A stretch of DNA of 41,849 nucleotides from Octopus bimaculoides (Eukaryota): positions 59,612,566-59,654,414 of the forward strand of contig NC_068991.1 of the NCBI RefSeq assembly GCF_001194135.2, written 5' to 3'. Below, in pieces: positions 21,270 through 32,346 of the stretch; position 1 is the first letter of the stretch, and the number at the start of each line of letters is the position of its first letter. A model generated the notes under the pieces. That model was not told where the DNA came from. It did no database searches and was given only the letters and a program-made list of their open reading frames with translations. The position numbers and the translations under genes are program-made.

Positions 21270-22395
21270 TATATGAGTATTTTGGTGATATTTTCGTGGT
21301 TTGTATGGAGATTATAAATAGCACTATTGTTCTTAAACTAAACAAGTGGACAAAGAGAAAAAAAAATCAAGTGGAAAATTCACAGAGAATATATTAGAAT
21401 TTTAAAGGCATTATCGTTCCTTGTATGAAGATTATATATGCAGAAAAATTGGCTGTAAAGTAAGAAGACTGCTTCCCAGCCATATGGTTCTGGGTTCAGT
21501 CCGACTGAGTGGAAACTCGAGCAAGTGTCATCTACTAGAGCCGAAGGCCAACCAAAGCCTTGTAACTGGATTTCGGAGAGGGAAACTGAAAGAAGTCAAT
21601 CGTATGTATGTCTATGTATCTTTTTGTCCCACAACCACCGCTTGACCACCGATAGTGCTGTATTTACGTCCCCGTAACGTAGCGGCTCGATAAAAAGGAC
21701 CGATACAATAAGTACAAGTCTTAAAAAGAAAAAGTACTGAGATCAATTCATTCGACTAAAAATTTTTTTCCAAGTACACAAAATATAACATATATTGTAA
21801 ACGAGTGGAAGAATACAAGAAATTAAGTCGAAAATTCACTAAGAACATTTGAGAATTTCAATAGCATTTCCGGTCCTTTCATGGACATTATTTGTTGAAA
21901 TATTGTTATTAATCCTAATCCAAATAAGTGGAGAGATGGAAGAAACCTAGCAGAGAATGCACAGCGAATAAATTAATATTGTAGTGGCATTCTCGTTTCG
22001 TTTATAAAGATTGTATATAGAAATATTGTTTTTATTCCTAACAAGTACAGGGATACAAGAAATAAAGTTGAAAATGTACAGAAAATCTATCAGAATTTTA
22101 CTGACGTTTTCGTTCCGTTGATTGAGATAATATATAGAAATGTTGTTATTAATCAAACAAATGGAGGATTAAAGGAAATCAAGTTGAAAATGCACAAAGA
22201 ATAGAAGATTAAAAGAAATCAAGTCGAAAATACACAGAGAATGTATGAGAATTTTGAAGGCATTTCCGATCCCTCGATAGAGATTATATACAAAAATTTT
22301 ATTAATCCAAACATGTAGAGGAGTAAAGAAATTCAAGTTGAAAATACACAGAGAATATATGAGAATTTTAAAGGCATTTTCGTTCTGTCATATAT
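21270..22395 (+). repeat. Diverged ~120-bp tandem repeat array, interrupted by a SINE
   Basis: Recurrent unit ...AAGAAATCAAGTTGAAAATACACAGAGAATATATGAGAATTTTAAAGGCATTTTCG...; about 1.5 units before 21448 and about 5 after 21780. Confidence 0.8.
21448..21775 (+). mobile_element. SINE family A inserted in the tandem array
   Basis: CATATGGTTCTGGGTTCAGTCC...CCCCGTAACGTAGCGGCTCG...ATTCGACTAAA. Confidence 0.8.
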
Positions 22396-22424
22396 AGGAT
22401 CAGTTTGAAAATACTTAAATACTT

Positions 22425-22566
22425 ATATATTTATGAGCTTCTGCACAGTTTCTCTCACAAGGCTTTTGGTCGACTTTGAACTCCAAAGCTGCTGCACAGT
22501 GGGACTGAACTAGTGACCACGTGGTTCCAGAGTGAGCATGTAAACCACCCAGCCATGCCTGCGCCT
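22425..22566 (-). mobile_element. SINE family A, 5' fragment
   Basis: GCAGTGGGACTGAAC-like B box and AACCACCCAGCCATGCCTGCGCC head on the plus strand. Confidence 0.7.
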
Positions 22567-22597
22567 GTATTTAAGAAATAAGTGCTTTCCGATTATA

Positions 22598-22985
22598 AGG
22601 TGACGAGCTGGCAGAATCATTAGCATGCCGGACGAAATGCTTAGGGGTACTTTGTCCATCTCTACGTTCTAAGTTCAAATTTTGCCAAGTACGACTTTGC
22701 TTTCATCTTTTTGAGGTGGATAAAATAGATATCTTTTCAACACTAGGATCGATGTAATCGACTTACGCCCTCTCTCGAACTTGCTGGCCTTCTGCCAAAA
22801 TTTGAAGCCATTATTATTATTATTATCAAGGCAGTGAGCTGGCATATTCACTTAGATGCCGAGATCCACTTAGCTTTCTATCCTTTTCGGAGTTTATAAA
22901 ATAAGTACCAGTTGAGGACTGAGTTCATTGTAATCGACTTACTCCTTTTTCCGAACTGAATGGCTTTGAGCCAAAATTTATATTT
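22598..22985 (+). mobile_element. Two head-to-tail SINE-B copies (22598-22826 full; 22827-22985 internally deleted)
   Basis: Both begin AAGG..GAGCTGGCA. The first ends in (TAT)n. Confidence 0.8.
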
Positions 22986-23025
22986 TTTTTATTATGTTAG
23001 AGATTGAGAAAAACGGACGTATCAT

Positions 23026-23189
23026 AGGCGTAGGAGTGGCTGTGTGGTAAGTAGCTTGCTTACGAACCACATGGTTCCGGGTTCAGTCCCACTGCGTGGC
23101 ACCTTGGGCAAGTGCCTTCTACTATAACCTCGGGCCGACTAAAGCCTTGTGAGTGGATTTGGTAGACGGAAACTGAAAGAATCCAGTCG

Positions 23190-23244
<55 letters not shown>

Positions 23245-23440
23245 CTGCCTTTGTCCCCCAGCATCGCTTGACAACCGATGCTAGTGTGTTTACGTTTCCG
23301 TAACTTAGCGGTTCGGCAAAAGAGACCGTTAGAATAAGTACTGGGCTTACAAAGAATAAGTCCTAGGGTCGATTTGCTCGACTAAAGGCGGTGCTCCAGC
23401 ATGGCCACAGTTAAATGACTGAAACAATTAAATGAGTAAA
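23026..23440 (+). mobile_element. SINE family A, full-length reference copy with internal (TG)n
   Basis: GGCGTAGGAGTGGCTGTGTGGTAAG (A-box-like), GGTTCAGTCCC (B-box-like), ACCTTGGGCAAGTG, internal (TG)n at ~23197-23243, tail GACTGAAACAATTAAATGAG. Confidence 0.92.
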
Positions 23441-23704
23441 TGAATATCGAATATATCCTTCTGTTTTAATTCTATTTTATTTTCGTTTTCCCCCTTGTAC
23501 AAGCGCAGACACTTCAGACGAAGCATACTGAACAAACAGCATAGGAAATTGCCATTTTTAATCTTATCATTTCCCGAATACTATTTTTATAACAAAATCA
23601 ACCAACTCGATCAACTAACCTTATTGTAGAAAGAAGACGATTTCCCTCGAAATATTGATACGTCAATAAATACGTGCATAAATCTTATGTTGTACTATCT
23701 TCTG

Positions 23705-23918
23705 TGTTTTACTTAATCCAGTCATTGAACTACGCCACGGAGCAGGGCAGATACAAACACACACACACGACGACATGCTTCTTTCAGTTTCCGTCTATGA
23801 AATCCACGCACAAGGCTTTGGTCGAGTCGGGGCAATAGTAGAAAACATTTGCCCAAGGTGCCACGCAGTGAGACTGAACCCGAAGCCATATGTGGTTTCT
23901 TACCAAACAGTCATACCT
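23705..23918 (-). mobile_element. SINE family A with large central deletion
   Basis: Tail remnant joined to ACACACGACG...TTGCCCAAGGTGCCACGCAGTGAGACTGAACCC. Confidence 0.8.
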
Positions 23919-24452
23919 TCATTTTGAGGATAGACAAGAAATTACTCCATTATTTTTTACAAATAGCCCATCTTGTAGTATTTAGTTAGGTACATTTTAG
24001 TTGAAGTTCCAGATGGATTTTGCTTTTCATCCATTCGGGGAACGATAAAAAAAATATTAAAACAGACAGGTACAAGAACTAATTTAACACATAAATCGCG
24101 ACGAGCCACGATCGTAGCTGTCAGACACAGGTCGACAAGCCACGATCGTGGCCCGTATAAATGCATTTAATGTATGGGCGTTTGTTGGAGTCGAATATCA
24201 CTCGAACACTCCGATACCCCCCAGAATGCAAGAGGACTGATAGTTCAACTAATGACTTTTCAGGTGATGTAAAACTTGCCACAAATATATACTAAGAAGA
24301 TATTTTAACTATTTTTTGTTTTTTATGTGTGCATAGCAGTCTCATTTTCATAAAATGTTCTCAGCAGTCCATGCTATGTAAGTGCAAATCCCAACACTTT
24401 ATGGTTTAATCGATTCTACCCTTTCAAGAAATTTGTGCCTTTGTTTCCATGT

Positions 24453-24811
24453 GAGGCATGACTGAGTGGTTAAGATGCGCGTTTTACAGTCACATAACAT
24501 TAGGGTTCAGCCTCACAGCGTGGCATCTTGGGCAAGTGTCTTCTACTATAACCCCGGGCCGACTAATGCTTTGTGATTAAATTTAGATGGCAGAAATTGT
24601 GTGGAAGCTCGTCGTGTCTATATGTGTGTCTTTATTCTCTGCTACTGCTTATGTCTCTGTAAACTAGCAGTTTGGTAAAAGAGGCCGCTAGAATAAGTAA
24701 AAGACTTTGAAAAGAAAAATAAGTATTCGGGTTGATTTGTTCGGCTAAATCCTTCAAGGTGGTGGCCCAGCATAGCTGCAGTCCAAAGACTGAATCAAAT
24801 AAAATACAAAA
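24453..24811 (+). mobile_element. SINE family A, diverged full-length copy
   Basis: GAGGCATGACTGAGTGGTTAAG...TGGCATCTTGGGCAAGTGTCTTCTACTATAACC...CCCAGCATAGCTGCAGTC. Confidence 0.85.
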
Positions 24812-24909
24812 CAAAGAAGATATTCTTTTTAATTGCAAGGGACTTTCAAATAAACCGGGAGTGTTTAGTAGGATTTCTTGTCGTTCTTCCTTATATCAGA
24901 GCTAAAATC

Positions 24910-25180
24910 CACTGTATTTGTGAGCACATTCATACATTCATCATCGTTCAGCCTTGGACGTTACTGTCTTCGAATACTGAGACTTATAGGGCCACTTTCC
25001 AAGCCATATAAGAGACCGAGGTCGTCAACATTCTCCCTGAACGCGACGCCTGCTGAGTGGAGTAACGTGAAATGAAGGTTTGGTTTTTTTAATTCAAGGA
25101 CACTATGCACCACCCGGTCCGGGAATCGAAACCACGATCTTACTATCTTAAGTAAACATCTAAATCACTAGGTAACGCGT
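24910..25180 (-). mobile_element. SINE family C, diverged
   Basis: GAGTGGAGTAACGTGAAATGAAG...CCCGGTCCGGGAATCGAAACCACGATC on the plus strand. Confidence 0.7.
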
Positions 25181-25379
25181 ATATTAATATAAGCACAAAT
25201 ACATCTATGCAATCTATGATAACACTGTAAAGGATATTTATCTGCGTCACGGAATTTTTGAAATCTAATTTAAGGCTTTCAAAATCTATGCTAAATCTAG
25301 AGCATAGAGAAAACATAATATTTATAATTTATACAGGAGTATGAGGTAAACAGGATTTCTTTTTATTATATAGTTCAAG

Positions 25380-26370
25380 ATGACGTGCTTCGCGGTATAT
25401 CGTCCGTCTTTATTTCTGTGTTCAAATTCATCCTTTCGTGGTCGATAAAATAAGTGCCAGTTGAGCACTGGGGTCGATGTAATCGCCTTGCCCTCTCCCC
25501 TCAAAAACCGCTAGCTCTGCGTCGAAATTTGAAACCATTTTAAAACAGTTAAAGGTGGGGAGCTGGCAGAATCGTTACAGCGCCGTACAATAATCCTGAG
25601 CAACATTACTTCCGACTTTACATTCTGAGTTCAAATTCCGCCAAGGTCGATTTTTGCCTTTCGTCTTTTCGGAGTGAACGAAACAAGTACCAGTTAGGCA
25701 CTGGTGGCAATGTAATCGGTTTAAGATCGCCTCCAAAATTTCAGGCCTAGTGACTATAATAGAAAGAAATATTATAAGTTTGTTTGGTGAGGGGTTTCGT
25801 TTTTTTTTAGCGTTTTCTGGAAAGTTCGCCAGTCATTCTTTTTCATTTCCGGAGTACCACGAAGTCAATAGTATTGTGAACTAGTGCATTATACCCAACT
25901 ATAAATACTATGATCTTGTACCCAAGTCATGAATTATTATATTATAAGAAAAGGTAAGGCGTGAACCGACGCGTCAAACAAAATGCTTAGTAGCATTTTT
26001 CAGGCTCTTAGTGGCATTCCACCGATATTGATTTTGCCTTTCATCCTTTCTGAGTCGATAAAATAAATATCAGTGGAGCACTAGGGTGGGGGATAATCGA
26101 CATTCTCCTCGCCTGAAAATTGCTGACCTTGTGTCAAAATTATAAAGATTTAGGTAAGGCGATGAGCTAACAGAATCGTTAGCGCGTCGAACAAAATACT
26201 TGGCGGCATTCTTTCTAGCTCCTAACGTTCTAAGTTTAAATTCCGCGGGGGCTGACTGTGCGATTCATCCTTTCAGGATCGACAAAAGTAAATACCAGTC
26301 AAGTACTGGAGTCGGTGGCATCGACTAACCCCGTTCCTTAAAAATTGCAAGTCCTGTGCCAACATTAAAA
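25380..26370 (+). mobile_element. Cluster of four co-oriented SINE-B copies (~25380, 25552, 25955, 26152)
   Basis: Each carries the TTTGCCTTTCATCCTTT..GTCGATAAAATAAGTACCAG-like core. Confidence 0.8.
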
Positions 26371-26652
26371 AGCATTGCATTATAAGACAAGATTTCTTTC
26401 TAAAGAAAAATATAAGAAAAAAAGCCAATAATATTCTTACTTGCAAGAGATTTTCAAAGAAACCAACACCGTTTCTTCGGGTCTGCTTTCGTCCGTCAAT
26501 ATACAAGAGTTAGATCTCATAGTGTTCTTGAATAAATTACAAACGATGTTAGAGTACTGAGTTTAAATTATAGAAAGCGAAGATTAATTTTATAAAAATA
26601 GTGTCTTCTTTAAAAGATATTTCCTTTGTTGATTTTTGTTTTTGTGGTTTGT

Positions 26653-26684
<32 letters not shown>

Positions 26685-26914
26685 TAAATATCCATAATGT
26701 TAGATTCTAAAATGAAGGGGAGAATATTTGAAAGCTTAAGTCTTTGGTAAAGAAACGTGCATTGAGGTGAAAGAGTAGCAGCGAAAACGTTTTTGTTTTT
26801 TAATGTACCCTAAAAAAATTTTGATTTAACTGGATGATTGCGACATAAAGTTATATAAAACTTAGCTTCTTATGAAACAGCTGTTGCAGGGTGGATTTAG
26901 AATATGAATAGTAT

Positions 26915-27105
26915 TTGAAATACCATAATAGTAGTAGCTCTGGTGGTGTTAACAGGAGTGGCAGTAGTAGTTGTGATAGCAGTTTTAGTAGTAGTAATGT
27001 TGTAGTGGCTGTGGTGGTGGTAGCAGTTGTGGTAGTCGTGGTTGTAGTCGTCGTCTTCGTTGTGTTGGTAATTGTAGTAGTAGTAGTGTGGGTGGTGGTG
27101 GAAAG
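26915..27105. repeat. (GTA/GTT/GTG) trinucleotide low-complexity tract
   Basis: Directly visible. Confidence 0.85.
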
Positions 27106-27499
27106 TGAATATCAACCAATTAAACCAAACACTCCAACGAACAAGGAAGTCGATACTTTTCTATCAACACACACTTAACACTAGCCGCCAAAACCCTAGC
27201 TTCAAATCACACCCTGCCAATTTGAATATACACACACACTTACACACCCTGGTTTTCCCTACTTGTAGAGAGCAAATAGAGAAAAATAAACGGGATGCTA
27301 GTTGCTAGAACGTCTTCAATCTATTAGATTTACCTGTAATCAGATTCTGTTAGGTGTCAACCTGGATCTGAAAAACCTAAACCCGGATATAGCATGACAC
27401 GTGAGAAATGTGCTAAGTCATTTTTCATTCACGTCAGGCTTGGTTGCACACACAAAAATGTATAAGTGAGTCAGCTTCTTGTATGTTTTCTTTTATTCG

Positions 27500-27696
27500 T
27501 TTACTTGTTTAAAGACAGTAGACTGTAGTCATACTGGGGCACCGCCTTCATGGGTACAGTCTTTCACGGGTACAATTGATAGAATCGATCCCAGTACTTT
27601 TTTTTTTTAATCTCGTATTTATTCTCTCGGGCTCTTTTGCCAAACTGCTAGTTAATGAGACGTAAGCAGACTAACACTGTTGTCAATAGGCTGGTA

Positions 27697-27743
<47 letters not shown>

Positions 27744-28160
27744 CATGCACCGAGTTTTGGTCTACCAATTTCACTCGCAAGGCATTAGTTGAACCTGTGT
27801 CTATAGTAGAAGACACTAGACCACTTGTTCTTATCTGGAGTTCATATGGCCCTTGGGGGTTTCATATAAGATTTTGTTATTAAAATTTATCTGCTATAAA
27901 CTGGTTATATTAATACAATATTCAAAGTATCTCTATATTTTTTATACAATTCCTAATAATATTCAATTATAAAAATATATTGGAATTTTATTAAAATTTC
28001 AAATGGCTATAAGAGTCCATCCGAGTAAAACAGGAATTAAAGGGGTCTATAGGCCAAAAATGGTTGAGAAACACTGCACTAGGCCAACGTGTTGCACCTT
28101 GGGATTGAACCCGAATCCATGTAGTTACAAAATGAACTTCTTATCCACACTGCCATGCCT
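27500..28160 (-). mobile_element. SINE family A interrupted by a hAT MITE
   Basis: SINE sequence ...CTATAGTAGAAGACACTAG resumes after 28076 as ...GGCCAACGTGTTGCACCTTGGGATTGAACCC. Confidence 0.8.
27822..28076. mobile_element. 255-bp hAT-Charlie-like MITE with 8-bp TSD
   Basis: Ends are CACTTGTTCTTATCT and TGGTTGAGAAACACTG. Flanked by CACTAGAC (27814-27821) and CACTAGGC (28077-28084). Confidence 0.8.
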
Positions 28161-28574
28161 TGCTCCTGTAATATAATTGTCTCAAAATTTAGTACAGGGT
28201 CAATTATTTTTTGAAGGAGGAGGAAGTCGATTACATCAACCCAGTATTATTATTTATTAATTAATATTTTTTTATTAGCCCTATTTACGATATCATAAGT
28301 ACTATTCTTTTTCTAGACATGTAATTCCTTGTCTTATTTTAGTACTAGCTTCGTTTCACTACTATTCAAACACCCTGGTTCCCCTTTGTATAGAAATGAC
28401 CCGTAAATATTTCCCTAGACCACTGCTAGTTCACTCTTTTGCCTATCGACTTCAGTCCCCACGCTGCAAAAGAGTGTGATTTTTATATACTGAGCCTTCT
28501 GGCCTTTTCTCGAGGCTGTGTTCTTTCCTCTTCCCTCTTCCCTTCGTTCATTTTATTTTGCGCGTTTGTATTCA

Positions 28575-28686
28575 CTCTAATGAAGCTCCATATACTAGAT
28601 CGAATGTGCTATGAAGATGACGAATGTTGCTTTCGGAATTTCTTTCGTAAGCACCGACTAACATTGGAAGCGGAAACGGCCGTAAG
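28575..28686 (+). ncRNA. Degenerate hammerhead motif (G5-to-A)
   Basis: CT-CTAATGA-AGCTCC...GGAAGCG-GAAA-CGGCCG-TA-AG. Stem III is the perfect palindrome ACGGCCGT; stem I is mostly lost. Confidence 0.5.
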
Positions 28687-29609
28687 AAATGTCATGTCAT
28701 GTTTTGTATTAAAAAAATAATCAACCGATGTGGTTCAATTTGTTTGTTTGTTGATCAAAAGTTTTCTCCATTTTCTNNNNNNNNNNNNNNNNNNNNNNNN
28801 NNNNNNNNNNNNNNNNNNNNNNNNNNNNNNNNNNNNNNNNNNNNNNNNNNNNNNNNNNNNNNNNNNNNNNNNNNNNNNNNNNNNNNNNNNNNNNNNNNNN
28901 NNNNNNNNNNNNNNNNNNNNNNNNNNNNNNNNNNNNNNNNNNNNNNNNNNNNNNNNNNNNNNNNNNNNNNNNNNNNNNNNNNNNNNNNNNNNNNNNNNNN
29001 NNNNNNNNNNNNNNNNNNNNNNNNNNNNNNNNNNNNNNNNNNNNNNNNNNNNNNNNNNNNNNNNNNNNNNNNNNNNNNNNNNNNNNNNNNNNNNNNNNNN
29101 NNNNNNNNNNNNNNNNNNNNNNNNNNNNNNNNNNNNNNNNNNNNNNNNNNNNNNNNNNNNNNNNNNNNNNNNNNNNNNNNNNNNNNNNNNNNNNNNNNNN
29201 NNNNNNNNNNNNNNNNNNNNNNNNNNNNNNNNNNNNNNNNNNNNNNNNNNNNNNNNNNNNNNNNNNNNNNNNNNNNNNNNNNNNNNNNNNNNNNNNNNNN
29301 NNNNNNNNNNNNNNNNNNNNNNNNNNNNNNNNNNNNNNNNNNNNNNNNNNNNNNNNNNNNNNNNNNNNNNNNNNNNNNNNNNNNNNNNNNNNNNNNNNNN
29401 NNNNNNNNNNNNNNNNNNNNNNNNNNNNNNNNNNNNNNNNNNNNTAGAAAAGTGCTCTCACGTGGCTAAGAGTTGCTTTGACTCTTATTTCTGGCAATCC
29501 TGGTGCTAACTGCGACCTTAATATAGATAGATAGATACATACATACATACATACATACATACATACATACATACATACATACATACATACATACATTCAT
29601 GCACACATA

Positions 29610-30310
29610 CTGATGAGACATATGTTGTAGCTAGGACACTCTTTAATGAAATCCGTCGGAAAGATAACACCGAGAACAAAGAAATAAGAACCCACATTAT
29701 GGTAGAAGCCATAGCCACTCATAATAAAAAGGTGTACTGGTGGAATGTCCCAGTGAAGGCCTAAATAAAATGTAAGCACAATAGACCTGATATAATGATT
29801 TGGAATAGAGAAGACAAACTGTGCACATTTTGGGAAATTAACTACCCAGCGGATGTTAGCATCTATGCTGAACTATTGAGAAATCTGCAGTTACTCTATC
29901 CAAGTTCAGGTTTATACCTGTAATTATTGGGATCCTGGGATGTGTAACACACTGCCTAAATACCAATCTTGAGAAATTAGGCTTCTCAAATCCAGAAAGG
30001 AGAAAACTAATTTCAAGATTACAGGTCCAATCCATCACTGGAACTGTAAAAATTTGTAAAACTTTCCACAAGTTTATCATTTAAATATATATGAGCATGT
30101 CTAGACATGTAACTATATGCATGAGAATACATGCATAAAGCAAAACATACAAATCTGCATACATACATACATACATACATACATACATACAAAAATACCC
30201 TGTTGTTGATGTTGAAATTCTAATGAAGGTGCCATGAATCTAGGTTAGAAACCGGCTCTTTCTTTATTGGCAAGAAATTTTGAAATAAAACTGAACAATG
30301 ACATACATAC
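29610..30310 (+). mobile_element. RLE-type (R4/Dong-like) LINE 3' fragment plus 3' UTR, embedded in (CATA)n
   Basis: YWWNVPVK..KCKHNRPDIMIWNREDKLCTFWEINYPAD (PD..E endonuclease motif), FIPVIIGILG, QSITGTVKICKTF, stop at ~30084. (CATA)n at 29537-29596 and 30300-30422. Confidence 0.85.
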
Positions 30311-30429
30311 ATACCAACAAACATACATACATACACGCATACATACATAGTACATACATACATACATGCATACATACATACATACATACATACATACATA
30401 CATACATACATACATACATACGCACGTGT

Positions 30430-31890
30430 ACTTAATTTCATTTTTTAGATTTGACCCATTAGGGAGTGTGAAAGGAAGCAAACTAAACTCCGAACAAAAG
30501 AAATTTATCCAAAGTGCTACTGGACGTTTGAAACACAGTCGAAGTGCAAAGACAGTTTATGAGGAGGGTGTTTACCATCACTCGAATTAGAGATAAATTT
30601 GAAGCGGATGGAACTGTTCAGAATGTCTACAAGAAACGTTCCCGAAATCGCGATCATTGACAAGCCCCACAAACCTAAAAAGGGTACTAGAAACATATTG
30701 TCAGAGTTCAAGAAAATATATTCAGCAAGTGAGTCGTGAGAGAAGAATTTTGAAATCAAACAGTCATTGCATTTGTTTCTGGAATGGTTTTTATTCCCGG
30801 TATAATCCATGCTCTGAATGAAGATGATCCTGATCGAAAAGTGGAGTGGTACTTGGCAAACTATGGAAAAGATGCACACGTTCCGACAAAGATTGTTTGG
30901 AGTGATGAGGCTACATTAAAATTACGCGTCTGAATTCGCCGCCACTAATATACCCACTAGTGACCTGAGAATCTGCATATTACAAAAACACATTATGTTA
31001 ATTTACTACAAGTTAGAGTATGGTGCGGCTTATCATAAACAGGATTAATTGGACTATTCTTTTTTAATGGTACTGTGACCGGATCTGTTTACGACAATCT
31101 ATCATATCAGGCATTCGAGAGGACTTCAAACATGTGGTGTTGTATTTCTTGCAAGATGGAGCATCCCCCTATTGCCGCAGTAACGTAAGGGCCTACTTTC
31201 ATGAAATTTTGCCAAGCAGAGGGATTGGTCGAAGAAGCTCAATAGCATGCCCTCCACATTCACCGGACTTCACACTGCAAGACTATTTAACCTCTTAACA
31301 TAGTATCCCGTACATTCTCGTTCAAAGATATCTAGTAAATATATATTTGAACGAAAATATACGTTCACTCTGAAGTATCTGTCACTTATTTCTAACCCGA
31401 AATACTTCGTTCATGATGTTATTCTCGTTTTCTATCTTTAATTATCAGTAACTATCATTTCTCCCAGTAACTTCATACTAAATCATAAATGATCCAAAAT
31501 AATTTAATTACTTATTCTTCCTTATATAATTTTAAAATAAATAGTAAAAGCATGATATTTTTTGCATGGAAATTGAAAAAAAATGCGTTTGTTAAGACGT
31601 TAATGGAAAAGCTTAAAAGATAACTTGTATGGTATAAAACAAGCAGCAGTCGAAAAAGTGGACGCAGCCTTTGAAAGAGAGTGTACCGAAATCCCGACTG
31701 AAATAATCTTGATGCTTGTGATTTCATTCCTTCATGTTATCAGCAGTGCCAAGACCTGAACTGACATTAGTTTGAAAACAGGCATTTAAAAAAGTATTAA
31801 ATTCTATTTTTATATTCTTTAAAATTTTGAAAATGAAATATATTTTAATAAACACTGACTTTATAATCTTTCAATAAGTGTATACATTTT
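30430..31890 (+). mobile_element. Tc1/mariner DD41D (rosa/Visitor-like) transposon, decayed
   Basis: RIRDKFEADGTVQN (HTH region), IVWSDEA (first D), VWCGLS, and the intact stretch YFLQD-(41 aa)-D with D codons at 31155 and 31281. The C-terminus resumes after the MITE (LKDNLY...CYQQCQDLN...FEN). Confidence 0.85.
31291..31599. mobile_element. TTAA-flanked (piggyBac-like) MITE nested in the DD41D transposase
   Basis: TTAA(31287-90)-CCTCTTAACA...TGTTAAGACG-TTAA(31600-03); 10-bp TIR with one mismatch. Confidence 0.7.
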
Positions 31891-31912
31891 GTGTGTGTGC
31901 ATATATATATAT

Positions 31913-31949
<37 letters not shown>

Positions 31950-32019
31950 TAAATAATATATGAATATATGCATATATACATACATATATGTACATACCTA
32001 CATATATATGTATATGTAC

Positions 32020-32346
32020 ATGCATATATGGGTACAAGACATCAAAAAACGTTAAACACAATGAGAAACGAAAACATAGAAAACGAACTTTTTTTCGAAC
32101 AACGAAAAAAACAAACAGAGAAATGAGACATCAGTTGTCCCTGTTTCATCTACTCCGCGTTTCAAAGGTAAGGACAATACGCGACTTCGTTGAAGTAGCC
32201 CTTCCCGCAAAGCAAATTAAATAAAATTTGGGATTATTTGCGGAGGGTGAAAGTGTTAACAAGAACAGGACAGTGAAAACAGTAAAAGCAAACGGTGAGG
32301 GCTGGTGAGCCAAGACGATAGAAAAATTATTATGAACGCTAGGAGG
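32020..32346 (-). mobile_element. Penelope-type terminal-repeat-like remnant
   Basis: Similar to 34925-35060 and to the reverse complement of 37085-37190. Contains a hammerhead-shaped fold with a non-canonical core at 32150-32198. Confidence 0.4.

Noticed and set aside
24001-24069. Possible plus-strand exon EVPDGFCFSSIRGTIKK
   Set aside because: The sequence is a decayed SINE-B core (TTTTGCTTTTCATCCATTCGGGG).
26828-26892. CTGGATGA...GAAACAGCTGTT hammerhead-like string
   Set aside because: Stem III is palindromic, but there is no stem I complementarity and the core box is wrong. It may be a relic but is not supportable.
30222-30272. Hammerhead-like CTAATGA...GAAACCGGCTC in the LINE 3' UTR
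   Set aside because: The core is altered and stems I, II and III all pair poorly.
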